Positions 24,335 through 36,201 of a DNA stretch of 64,000 bases are shown here, piece by piece. The notes under the pieces are model-generated. The model saw only the letters and a program-made list of their open reading frames with translations, had not been told where the DNA came from and made no database searches. Source of the stretch: Fistulifera solaris (Eukaryota); assembly GCA_030295235.1 (NCBI GenBank), contig AP026125.1:1240001-1304000 (forward strand). Reading direction: 5' to 3'. The position numbers and the translations under genes were made by a program. Positions within the stretch are counted from its first letter, which is position 1, and every line of letters starts with the position of its first letter.

Positions 24335-27300
24335 CTATGAGAGGCATGCTTTCGCTTGGATAACTGGCAATGGATTGCGTCTCAGGGTCAACAAGTCGGA
24401 ATGCGCCTGAGTATGGTGCACGTCTTTTGATGCGGCGGCCTTTTCAAGCTCGTGATCATGGCGCAAGTAACGTCCATTGAACGTAGCGAAGAACACGGTC
24501 GCTCCCGCGTGGAGGACTATAAGTAGATAAAAGAAAATGTGTATTCCGGCCTTTCTGCAATTCGTGTCTCGGTCTGCCCGAGACCCATGTCTTCATAGCT
24601 TTAAAGCACGGAATGAACATAGCACTCAATAGGTTCGAAAAGAGCTGTTGTATCACAAGAACGGTGTTTTCACTTAACGGATAAGCGACCTCAACTCCCA
24701 ACTCGGTCGAAATTGGTTGCAGCGGACCCACTAGTAACGCAACTACGACAAGCGCAAATCTCAAATCAGTCCCTTTGGCTTCGTCCAAGCTTACCCCACA
24801 TTCGGCTAAACCGAATGCCCCCATCACCAACATGAAAATAGTGATGGAGTAATATGCACGCGTAGTATCACAAATCTTTCCTACAACAAGACTGGATACC
24901 ATGATGGCAAACTGGAAAGTTCCCCCAACGATACCCGTATACGCTCGCCCTGCACCATTGAGTCTCACGAGATAATCCATAAATGTTGACAATGTGTTGA
25001 TCACTACCCCTGAAACTGTAAAAGCGACTAGAGAGTGAACGAAACCTCTCCGAGCCATGCAAGCTTTTATTGATAGTAGAACTTGATCATCTCGAATGTT
25101 AATATCGAGGTGATGTGGGGTAAGTATGAGAACTGGTTCGGCTCCCTCATCTAATGCATCACTTGATGGAGCATACTGATTGCCTCGTGTGTAATAAGAA
25201 TACGGCGGGTAGTTATAGCTCTGATAGGGAAAGCTTGATCCATAAAACGGTTGCGGGGTGTGATAGTATGTAAGGTTCTCGAAACTCTGCTCCGCATAAG
25301 GCAATTGGTGAGGATTGCCAGGATAGAGCGGATAGAAATATGAAACTTCGTCACCGTTAAAATTGTAATGGGAAGGCTAGGCCACGCGCCAGCTTGGCCT
25401 GATGTTTCGTCAGGATCACTGACAGGAAAAGGTGTGTTACGGTTTGGCGGTATTACGTAGGATAATGGCTTGTATGCATCATGTATGGGTGCATCACAAG
25501 CGGATTATCTGTGGTTTGGTGCTGGGTGTCGTCATCGTCACTTCTTTTACCTTTGTCGGGGGACGTAACAGCCCCAACATTGGAAGGAGAAGGAGCAGGA
25601 TGAAAGGCTTCGCCGTGGTAAGTGGAAGAGACGGCGTTATGAAAGTCCGCATCTTTCTCATCGCTCAACATTTCTGAAGCATTGCAACTCCGTCGATGGG
25701 AGTCATCTATGGAGTCAGAAACAGCTAACTTTCCCTGTGGAGAATGTTTTGGATCTCTTTCTTGTTCTTTCCTACTACGAAATTTAGACGACTTAGAGAA
25801 ACGTTCCGGGCGATCCGTACCAATGTTTCTAATCGAGTCAAACATGGATTGGACGCTTGGTAATTGCACTTCAAGCGTTCCCTTCATCACGCGAGCAGAG
25901 TCCGAAGGCGGGGTCGGAGGAGCGTCCTCAAATTGTATCAAAACACCCAAGAAGGTGACCGTCGATATAATGCTAAGGAGTCCAAAGTAAGGAGGGATAT
26001 CATCACTATCAACAACGAGGAGGGTACCGAATATGAAAGCGAATCCAATCCCAAGCTGGTTGGCGTTCAATGCAATGCCTGTAGCCAGGGTGCGCTCCAC
26101 GTCCGGAAACCAAGAAGCCGACAACAAAGCAGGAGTACATTGGTATAAAGGCTGGGACAAGCCTACAAGAAGGAAACCGACATAGACACGCCACTCGCCC
26201 TGGCCCTTCTGCAAGTCGGCTTCAATTATCGGCGGCATCCCACCGCTTTTCACTATACTCCCAATCATCAACAGAAGAGCCCCGAAGAGTACAGTACGAC
26301 GAAGACCCAGACGTGAGAGAATTATTGGCTCACATGCTGACGCAACTGCATTTGCAATCAGAAAAACGGTAACCAAAAGCTCAGGATTGATGCTTCCAAA
26401 TGCTTGTTCCGTCAATAATGCAATAGGTGCGACGGAGTAGCATGTCCAATCAGACTATCATGATGCAATTCAGTGAGCTCGCGAATTCAAAAAACGATAT
26501 TTTTGGATTATCGAATCCCCTACTTACCAGTAAATTCAGCACCGACATATACATCAACATAAGCCAGCGCTTCCAATAAACTTTAAATTCACTGTTGTGT
26601 CCCACGTCATGTTCAGTGAGCTCGTTGTATACTTGCTGGTCAACGGCGGAATCAAATGCATTTACATTGCGTGATTCTTCGTCCGCTCTAATCCCAGGAA
26701 TGCGGCCCTCCTTGCGTTGTGAAAACTGTTCTGTTCCATCATCTACCGACGGCATACCTAATCCACGAACAAAAGAATCTGCAAATTGTTGGACATGCAA
26801 ATCATCGAATTCTTCCTCGAAATGATCAGCGCTATATTCAGATGGATTCGTGTTGGAGTGCATACTTTCCGACATCGGATTGTTTCGTTTTGCGTATTCA
26901 AACATATTCGTGTTTTGTTGATATGCAGCCTCCAGCCAATGAGCCAACTCTTCTTGTGATAAGCTCTGGGCCTGAGGGTGTAAATACGCTCGATTCTGTT
27001 GATATACACTAGAAATGGTGGGAGGAGACGGATCCAACCCTGCAGACGAAGGGCTCGACAAGGCCACGTTTCCCCGGCTTGGTGGATGCTCACCCATGAT
27101 GGGAGATTTCCGCCCACTCGGCACAGAAGTAGGGAACCGGTTGGGCTGGTTTGCGTTATTCAATTCGTCTCGAATGCTCGGATCGCTACTTTGATCGTCA
27201 TCATTCCCTCTAGCGGTGTAAGGAGAACTCTGCGACCGCGTCGTTTCTATTTGAGATTGTTCAGGTAGCTCTGGATGAGCCAAGTCTCGGTCTTTTTGTG

Positions 27301-27880
27301 TATTTTGTGGATATTGATGATGACTATGGTGCTGATGAAGTTCATCGCTGTCTTCCGAGAATGAGAGACTCAAATCGAGTTCTCGGTTTGCACTATTTGC
27401 AGGGTCTTGAGACTGAATCATGTCCGCCGCAGAACTGCTACCAGAAAATGAAAATCTCCTGTCGCTTTGTGGATGAGGAAGGTTTCGGGGATCTCGAAAA
27501 TAGCTCGATTCATCATCCGACGACTCCTCAGAGTGTGAATTTTCATGTGGGTAGATACTTCCGGCAGCACCTAATTCGGGAATTACGCTCGTCGCTTTCA
27601 AAGGTGACAAGCCACTAGCAACAACATCTCGCTCCTTTACTTCATGATGTGCTCTAATATTTGTCGAATCTGGTATATTTGCCAATAAGTCGCGACCGCT
27701 GGGACTGCCTGAGTTGGCTCCATGTTGCGGGCTTGCACGGTTCAACTCGTTCTCTTCACTGGAAGAAAGAGTGGTCATTTCTCTCGCGGTTGGGGCTGCG
27801 GATTGTAAAGCGGTAGAGTTATTAAGTTCTTCGCCTTTCTGATCAGTTGGCGGCCGCGGTACATCCGAAAACAGCGGCAT
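24335..27880 (-). CDS. MFS transporter of the FLVCR/SLC49 type, with long disordered N-terminus and central loop
   Basis: FKVYWKRWLML, LSASWFP..ERTLATG, PPTPPS.SA and ELGVEVAYP are typical of the FLVCR family. Intron 26455-26527 restores NLL|SDWTCYSVAPI. Frameshifts near 25.4 and 24.55 kb; 3' end approximate. Confidence 0.85.
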
Positions 27881-28447
27881 ACCCGAGCGTTTAGACCCAA
27901 AGTATTGTATAGTCGAAACACCTGAAAATCAATGAGCAGCGAATCTTGTGCAGAAAACGCTCAGAATGTTCGGAAAATCCCGCCGCCAAGAATAATGTCA
28001 GTGATAAAATGATTAAGTAAAGACGAGAATTGTAATGAATGATGGAAGAAGATCAGATGATTATGAAGCGAAGATCTTTGTTCGTTGTTGTGATATTTGC
28101 GATGTTCGTATCAGTCCATTTTTTGGACGAATTTTCGGTCAAAGGAAAATGAGCGCCGCGCGCCATGCGTTAAATTTAGAGTTACTTAGACCAGTTGCAC
28201 TATTTACGTTTCCGTTGATACTTGAAGTACCTAAATAAATTTTCAGTATGTCGGACCGCTCAACTCGCGACTCAACTGCGACTTAGGAACGGGACTTACC
28301 TGACAGCAGCTCACTTTGCGACGTGTGCGAAGTTTGCAAGAAGTCGCTATTCATTCTCTTGGTTCCATACCTTTCACTGCTTTGGCCCTCACAAAGCGAC
28401 AGATTTTTATAAAAGGTCTGCGTTACTGACAAGTATTAGTTGCGGAA

Positions 28448-29849
28448 ATGCCGCGCATTGAGAACCCAGAAGCTTTTAGAAGCGCTAGGAGAGAGGATGT
28501 AGCGAACAAAGCCGAAGAGGTAGTTGCATCCGAGCTTGCCAGATCTTCGTCCTTAGATCCCGATGCTTTAGCAATGATTCCGTCGTTCTCGACGTCAGAG
28601 TTAACATTTGGGCGTGTTGTAGGCCGTGGGGGTTCTGTGTCGTACACGAGCTCGTCGCAATCAAGCTGAAAGAAAAGGCAAAAAACAAGAAAAGCAACTT
28701 TCGTCTACGGGGATTTGCGAGCCACAATGCGATGGACGGGACGAAACCACTAGACACAACAACACGTGAACACTTGGCGAGACGGGTGTGGTCCAAGTCT
28801 GGAAAGTATGTCACCAAACGCATGGAACCGTCGCTCTGGGAGACGGATAGAGTCAGCTCCTTGAAAGGTGTCATCGACCTTGCTTTAGAAATGCACTTTC
28901 TAGCAAGCTTGAATCATGCTCACATTATTGATTTAAAAGGGATTTGTGACGCTAGCCCGTTCAATGAAATCGGCTTTTTTCTGATTCTTGACCATCTGAA
29001 GGAGACCTTGTCAAAAGGCTGACGCAGTGGATGCACGTCAAACGCACAACAAAAGGAATAACAGGCTTCATCACAGGAAGCAAAGCAAAGGTGAAGAAGC
29101 TCCTTATCGACCAGCTTCTTGTGGCTCACGATATCGCAAATGGAATGCAGTACATGCACAGCAAGAGAATAATCTTCCGGGATTTGGTAAGTGGTGGAAG
29201 ATGTCCACGAGGAAACTGCTTATTCGTTTCTAAACCGCCCTTTTAAAGAAACCTGATAATGTCGGCTTCCATCGAGAAGACGATACTGTCAAGCTGTTTG
29301 ATTTTGGTCTCGCGAAAGAACTACAGGATTCAGAGCGAGATGAGAACGGCCTCTATCGGATGACAGGTGTCACAGGTACGATCCGATCCGTAAAGTTGCA
29401 TCGATTTCTCTCAAAGTAGAAACGTACTAACACTGCTCTATCAACTTTCCGATTGAAAAGGTGCACTAAGATATATGGCACCCGAAGTTGGACTTCGACA
29501 GCCATATAATTTATCAGCTGACGTATACAGCTGGTCCATGATAATGTGGTATATAATGGCGCTAGAGCCCCCATTCGGTGCCTATTTACCGAATATGTTC
29601 TTCGAAAGAGTATTTCAGAAAGGGTATCGCCCTGCGATGAAAGATAAATGGTCCGATCCATTGAAGACTTTGATGAAGAATAGTTGGTCGAGTGATTTAA
29701 GCGAAAGACCAAGTTTCGAGGCGATTCAGAAGACACTGAGAGACGTTGCAAAGTCAATAGACCCTGGCATTGCCAATTTCCTTGCTGCTGATACGGCCTC
29801 TTCCAACGGCAAGAATTCGCTCAAGCTCAACAACTCTTCTCATCGTTGA
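28448..29849 (+). CDS. Protein kinase (TKL-like)
   Basis: GRVVGRGG(F), IFRDL|KPDNVGF, VKLFDFGLAKEL, G|ALRYMAPEV, ADVYSW, RPSF. Introns 29187-29248 and ~29376-29460; slips at ~28630 and ~29015. Confidence 0.9.
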
Positions 29850-29924
29850 TCTTAGAGGTGCAACGCTACTTGACACTCTAGCATGAGATCACGACTGCTT
29901 TGTAAAATATGTGCAATTTTTACT

Positions 29925-31160
29925 CTAAGAAGTTCTTATGGATAAAGCAGATACAAACTCAGCAGCTGCATCAATTCTTTTACCGACGGCACAGCGATAA
30001 AAGTGAGCGATACTGGATGAGTTCACGTCGGCAACGGATCCGACCTTGCTATGAACTGCTTCATTATCGAGCCATCGGCAGTCTTCGAAATACACCTCCG
30101 CGCCATCATAATAAAAGACAAGACTACTTGTCACCGCGTTCTTAAAATAAATACCCCGAATCAGTACGTCTCGAGCGTAATGACCAAAGCTTAGATGCGA
30201 TCCTCCAGTTTCAATGCTACATCCGCTGCATTCAATCCGAATATTTTCCGCATTGACGAAAATCGGCCCGTAACTTGCCTTAAGTACCGCGTTGGGACAA
30301 ATGGTGATAAGAATCTGATCTTCATAAAGAACAAACGGATTTTCTGCCGCCATATCCCCGTCTACCTTCGCGAAATGTACCGAGTTCCGAACGAATCGTT
30401 CGGCCGAAAAAGCGTTAGCTTCTTGAATGACGGCTTTCAGATCATTCCAAGTTTTATATCCAATCGTTTTTCCGTCGGCACATACACGAGGATGAACGCG
30501 AGTCCATTGATAAAAGTCCATGGGAGGAGGATTCTTCGTGAATCGTTCACGACGCTCGTCCCACATTTTCCTATGATCTTCCAAAGTAGCATTCAAGTGT
30601 AGCGCTTCATCCACAACCATCAAGACAGTTTGTTTTCCCGTATCCGGAGACGTTTTGATAAAATATCGTTCCATGCCGGAATCATCGACGCTGGCGATTT
30701 GCGTGTCACTGAGAGTGCTTCCAATCGGTTTGCCCGTTGACGTCGCACTCATGAGAATTAAAGCGGGCGGAGGCAAGGCACCACTTTGACTCCTTAATAC
30801 CATCGACGCCACGGTTTCTTCTTGTAAATTGTAGTGAATTGTCAGCGATGCAATTGTAACGACTCCCAAGAAGCCAGAAAAGACAATGGCGGACAACATA
30901 ACCGCCAGTAGCAAGGAGAGCTCATACCAGCTGAAGTGCAGTAGCGTCCCGCCAAACACGGTATATTCTTCCACCAAAACAGCCATTAAGGGATCATCTT
31001 CAGAGCTGGAAATGGAAGCATGTTGCGAGATCGAATGAGAAAAAGCAGAAACATTGCCGGCATTACTGGGTTTTCGAGTGTGCAGTGCGCTGCCCTTGTT
31101 CTTTTGCCTCCGCCCATGTTCCGCAGTTTCCCTCTCTACAAGCAACAAAAATGCGGGCAA
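29925..31160 (-). CDS. Hypothetical single-TM protein (start uncertain)
   Basis: 411-aa open frame with one long hydrophobic segment and a C-terminal region with beta-helix-like spacing. No family assigned. Confidence 0.6.
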   Translation of the reverse strand: MPAFLLLVERETAEHGRRQKNKGSALHTRKPSNAGNVSAFSHSISQHASISSSEDDPLMAVLVEEYTVFGGTLLHFSWYELSLLLAVMLSAIVFSGFLGVVTIASLTIHYNLQEETVASMVLRSQSGALPPPALILMSATSTGKPIGSTLSDTQIASVDDSGMERYFIKTSPDTGKQTVLMVVDEALHLNATLEDHRKMWDERRERFTKNPPPMDFYQWTRVHPRVCADGKTIGYKTWNDLKAVIQEANAFSAERFVRNSVHFAKVDGDMAAENPFVLYEDQILITICPNAVLKASYGPIFVNAENIRIECSGCSIETGGSHLSFGHYARDVLIRGIYFKNAVTSSLVFYYDGAEVYFEDCRWLDNEAVHSKVGSVADVNSSSIAHFYRCAVGKRIDAAAEFVSALSIRTS

Positions 31161-31587
31161 TGCTGCTGACTATTGCGGTGACGGTCAGTTCAAAACGAGT
31201 TTCAATTTTAAATTAGGAAGTGAGAAAGACGCACAAGTAAGTAGACAGTTGCCATTGTCGGCTGCGAGTTTTTTCGAAACGTTTTTCAGAAAGAAATTTT
31301 TCTCTGCCCGTCCGCTCGAACAACGTACGACGTACGGTACATTCACCTTGGCTGGAATAAAAAAATGTCCTTCAGGTTCTTGTAACAGTGAACAATAAGT
31401 ATCGACTCCACTATAGCATTTAGTAGTAGACGTGCGGTCTTTATTGTCGGTTGGCTCGTTTTCATCTTGCGGTCGTTGCAGCGCATCGCGATGACAATGA
31501 ACTCATCAGCGGAATCTATTAGCATCTGTAATATCTCAACGTAACGCACTGACCTCTACCTACCAGAATAGATATCTCAATATAAAA

Positions 31588-33379
31588 ATGGTAAGTAAAG
31601 CGAAGAAGCAGCGATGATTATGACTGCGTGTTCGCACTGGACGAGAGGAATGACCGATCTCTATCGCTTTGGATATTTTATCGTGCTGATGAAAAGCATT
31701 CGGCGTTTATCTCATTAAATCTGACCGATGATTGCCTTTTTTATCAATAGGTCGTACTTTCTGCTTCCGTATGTTCCCAGCAGGGAAAGGCTCTCGTTTC
31801 ACGTCAGTTCGTTGAGATGAGTCGTCTCCGCGTAGAGGGTCTGTTTGCTGCATTCCCCAAACTGGTCGGTCATGCCAAACAGCACACATTTGTTGAAACC
31901 GACTCCGTTCGATACGTCTATCAGCCACTCGAGAATAATCTCTACCTTTTGTTGGTTACCACAAAAACATCCAACATTGTCGAAGATCTAGGAACACTCC
32001 GACTGTTGGCTAAAGTTGTGCCGGATATTGCGGGCGGCTTTCAAGAGCACGCCATTCAAGATCATGCGTTTGATTTGATTTTCGCCTTTGACGAAGTTCT
32101 TACGGCCGGAGGATACAAAGAGGAGGCAACGCTCAACTCCATCCGAACGAACTTGGTCATGGACTCGCATGAAGAACGCATTGCCGACAGTATGCGTGAA
32201 GCACAAGAAGCCGAAGCGAGAAAGCGAATGATGGATCAAGCCAAGAAAATTCAAGAACAAAAGATGCACCAGACGAAGCAAAATTTCTTGCATGGAGGTA
32301 CCGGGGAGGTTTCCAGTCGGGTGGTATGGAAGGCTTTGGCGGAGGCGGTTACGGTTCCAGTGATCCCTTTCCCAACAACCCCAACAACCGGTTATGCACC
32401 AGCACAATGACCCGTATGCTCATCTCTATCAACAGCAGCCTGCTGTGGCGGAAGCGCCAAAGGTAATTGCCAAGTCCGGTTTGAAGCTTGGCGGAGGTGC
32501 GAAAGTGGGAGGCGGAAAAAGCAACAATCTCATGGCAGCGATGGCCAAAGAAGACAACCTGTTTGGTGGAGCTGGTGGTGGCTTGGGCGGCCTGAGTGCT
32601 GCAGCGTCTTCCTTTGATATCTCTGCCCCGGCACCGAAACAAGTGGCTGCCCCGTCCACTCCGCTCTCGGTATCCATCGAAGAAAAGGTGACAGTGACTA
32701 TGAATCGCGAAGGGGCTGTCGATTCCGGGGAAGTCAAGGTACTCTTACCGTCACTGCGAACACCGATGCTGGAACAATGGCACTTGTTACGGTCAATAGA
32801 GCGCAGTTACCGGCGGAATTCAACTTTGCTACGCATCCCAAAATCGATAAGAAAGTGTACGAGACACAAAATGGTGCGTTGTCGCTCAAGGGCGGAAAAG
32901 GATTTCCCGTCAATCGTCCTGTTGGTATTTTGCGCTGGTCGTACCAGGGAGACGATGTGGCCCCTTTAACCATCAACTGCTGGCCTGAGGATGAAGGAAC
33001 TGGATCTATTGTTGTAAACATCGAGATGGAATTGACACGACCGGATCTAGTTTTACACGACGTCAATATTCTATTGCCTTTGGGAACTACAGACCCACCA
33101 AGAATCGAGAACATTGATGGACAGTACAAGCATGATGCTCGAGCTGGTATGATGTGCTGGCATTTTGATCAAATTGATAGCAGCAACGGAACGGGTAGTC
33201 TCGAATTCAGCATTCCAGGCCACGATGTCGAGGCATTCTTCCCCGTGCAAGTCGGGTTCCGCTCGGAAACATTAATGTGTCCTCTCCAGGTTATGAGTAT
33301 CACCAATATGTCCAATGGAACACCTATTCCGCATCAGCTGACGAAGAGTCTCTCGCCTGATACATATCAATGTGCATGA
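31588..33379 (+). CDS. ARCN1: Coatomer subunit delta
   Basis: ATG-only first coding exon (31588-31590), intron 31591-31750, then VVLSASV..QQGKALVSRQFVEMSRLRVEGL.AAFPKL, QHTFVETDSVRYVYQP, SNIVEDL.TLRLL and a mu-homology domain (THPKIDK, PLTINCWP). Slips at ~32300 and ~32735. Confidence 0.96.
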
Positions 33380-33691
33380 GTTTGATAAATTAATCTAATA
33401 TCGAGTTTACCACGGGTCAGCTACTGTTCTTGTCAATGCAATTTTGAAGTTCTATTGTAAAAGCTGGTGATATATTAAGGTTTGCAGGACAAAGTACTAG
33501 TAATGAATGCAATTGATTATAAAGACGGATGATAAGGGCAAATAGTGCACCGAAAAAGCGAACATACAACGCCTCAAATGTCTACGTAGTGTTCACGTAG
33601 CCCCCGTAGGAATTTTATCGACGCGGTAGCAATTGCAGCTTGAATCTGATCTCAGTAAATAAGGGTCCGACAGCGACGAATTTCATCGTAC

Positions 33692-35971
33692 CATTCCTCA
33701 ACATGCATTCACAAAGACGTTTTCCAAGGATCAATATTATTTGCAACATCAAACATGAATTAGACAAACAGATGCAATGTTGCGAATGTCTACGTGATTG
33801 TCGAGTAGGCCCCAGTGGGAAAATTTATCGACAGGGAAAAACCGGATATAGTCTATTTTTACAAGATCCATTTCTTTAGAAAAATGTATTTCTTCCATTT
33901 TTCGTGAATCCTTGAACTTTCACTAGTCTATTACGCGGGGTGTTGGTTTACGCTTTTGTACGCCAGAGACAGTGCATGAATCTAAACGTGGTTTACAACA
34001 GCCAAGACTGGATTGTACAGTAGTCATGAGTCATGAACAACAAAAAAAGGTTCCATTTTGCGTCTCTCGCATCCGTCCAAGTCCAATGTCATTCAACTGC
34101 GAATAAAAATATAATTACTGGTGAACAAAGTCGCAACAATGATGATTCTGAACTACTTGCTAGTCTAAGAGTTTCTTTTGTTTTCACGTCAAAAATCCGA
34201 GGATCGACACCTTGTATTATTTACTATGAAACGGAGTGTTGGTTTACGCCAGCCAAGACTGGATTGTACAGTAGTCATGAGTCAGTCATGAACCGAACAA
34301 CAAAGGGTTCCGTTTTGCGTCACTCGCATCCGTCATTGTCATTCAACTGCTTATGTAGTTATAATTATTGGTAAATAAAGTCGCAACAATGATGATTCTG
34401 AACTACTTGCTAAGAGTTTCTTTTGTTTTCACGTCGAAAATCCGAGGATCGACACCTTGTATTATTTACTATGAAACGGAGTGTTGGTTTACGCCAGCCA
34501 AGACTGGATTGTACAGTAGTCATGAGTCAGTCATGAACCGAACAACAAAGGGTTCCGTTTTGCGTCACTCGCATCCGTCATTGTCATTCAACTGCTTATG
34601 TAGTTATAATTATTGGTAAATAAAGTCGCAACAATGATGATTCTGAACTACTTGCTAAGAGTTTCTTTTGTTTTCACGTCGAAAATCCGAGGATCGACAC
34701 CTTGTATTATTTACTATGAAACGGAGTGTCGGTTTACGCCAGCCAAGACTGGATTGTACAGTAGTCATGAGTCATGAATCATGAACAACAAAAAACGGTT
34801 CCGTTTTGCGTCTCTCGCATCCGTCCAAGTCCAATGTCATTCAACTGCGAATAAAATTATAATTACTGGTAAACAAAGTCGCAACAATGATGATTCTGAA
34901 CTACTTGCTAGTCTAAGAGTTTCTTTTGTTTTCACGTCAAAAATCCGAGGATCGACACCTTGTATTTTTTGCTATGAAACGGAGTGTTGGTTTACGCCAG
35001 CCAAGACTGGATTGTACAGTAGTCATGAGTCATGAATCATGAACAACAAAAAACGGTTCCGTTTTGCGTCTCTCGCATCCGTCCAAGTCCAATGTCATTC
35101 AACTGCGAATAAAATTATAATTACTGGTAAACAAAGTCGCAACAATGATGATTCTGAACTACTTGCTAGTCTAAGAGTTTCTTTTGTTTTCACGTCAAAA
35201 ATCCGAGGATCGACACCTTGTATTTTTTGCTATGAAACGGAGTGTTGGTTTACGCCAGCCAAGACTGGATTGTACAGTAGTCATGAGTCAGTCATGAACC
35301 TAACAACAAAGGGTTCCGTTTTGCGTCTCTCGCATTCGTCTATTGTCATTCAACTGCTTATATAGTTATAATTACTGGTAAATAAAGTCGCAACAATGAT
35401 GATTCTGAACTACTTGCTAAGAGTTTCTTTTATTTTCACGTCGAAAATCCGAGGATCGACACCTTGTATTATTTACTATGAAACGGAGTGTTGGTTTACG
35501 CCAGCCAAGACTGGATTGAACAGTAGTCATGAGTCATGAACCGAACAACAAAGGGTTCCGTGAAACGGAGTGTGTTGGTTTACGCCAGCCAAGACTGGAT
35601 TGTACAGTAGTCATGAACCGAACAACGAACAACAACAAAGGGTTTCTTTTCTCATGCCCGCATTTTATTTTCTTATCTTTTTAACACCTTTAACATTAGA
35701 CTCATTCCTTTTTAGCGAGCGTTTTGTATTGGTGCTATCTACCGTTGCTGACATCGGGCACAACTGCCAATCGGCACAACTGGCATCTACCGTAGCTGCC
35801 ATTCGACCTCATGAATTATTGAGCTGATAGCGATAAGTTTTATTACTAAATTCCTCGATATGCATGCAAAGACATATTATACAAGAATTGACGTTGGTTG
35901 GAACACCAGACAAACATGAGCAAGACAACAGATGCAATGTTGCGAATGGTTACGTGATTTTCGCGTAGGCC
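33692..35971. repeat. Pair of diverged ~120-bp direct repeats (33692-33811 and ~35849-35971) flanking the satellite
   Basis: Both contain attcctc.a.atgcat..caaagac and aaacatga..agacaa.cagatgcaatgttgcgaatg..tacgtgatt.tcg.gtaggcc. Confidence 0.85.
33985..35645. repeat. Tandem satellite: six full units of 245-258 bp plus partial units
   Basis: Anchor gccaagactggattg at 34001, 34252, 34497, 34742, 35000, 35258, 35504 and 35588 (periods 251, 245, 245, 258, 258, 246, 84). Confidence 0.98.
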
Positions 35972-36201
35972 TCGTAAGGTTAGTGATAATTATAAGCATG
36001 AAATTTGAAAATCACTATACGCCATGAAGTGGTATCGCTTTCTGTTGGACATCAATTTGTACAGTATCGTGAACGCGAGCCCGTCTCCCGCCAAAAGCAT
36101 TGCGTGCATTTCGAAACCGGACGCCCCAAAAACAAACTGCGCCTCTCTTTCATTATTTCGAAGGGAAACACTGTCTCCTTGCTCCTTGCACTCATCCTAG
36201 A

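Noticed and set aside
34033..35365. Repeated 83-113-aa ORFs in the satellite
   Set aside because: Frames differ between units because of indels. They are translation by-products of the repeat.
33985..35645. CRISPR-like array
   Set aside because: Whole units repeat and there are no unique spacers. No cas genes are present and the context is eukaryotic.
33985..35645. Hammerhead/retrozyme satellite or C/D snoRNA array
   Set aside because: No CUGANGA core was found on either strand of the unit. The ATGATGA and CTGA motifs are only 2 nt apart, too close for a snoRNA.
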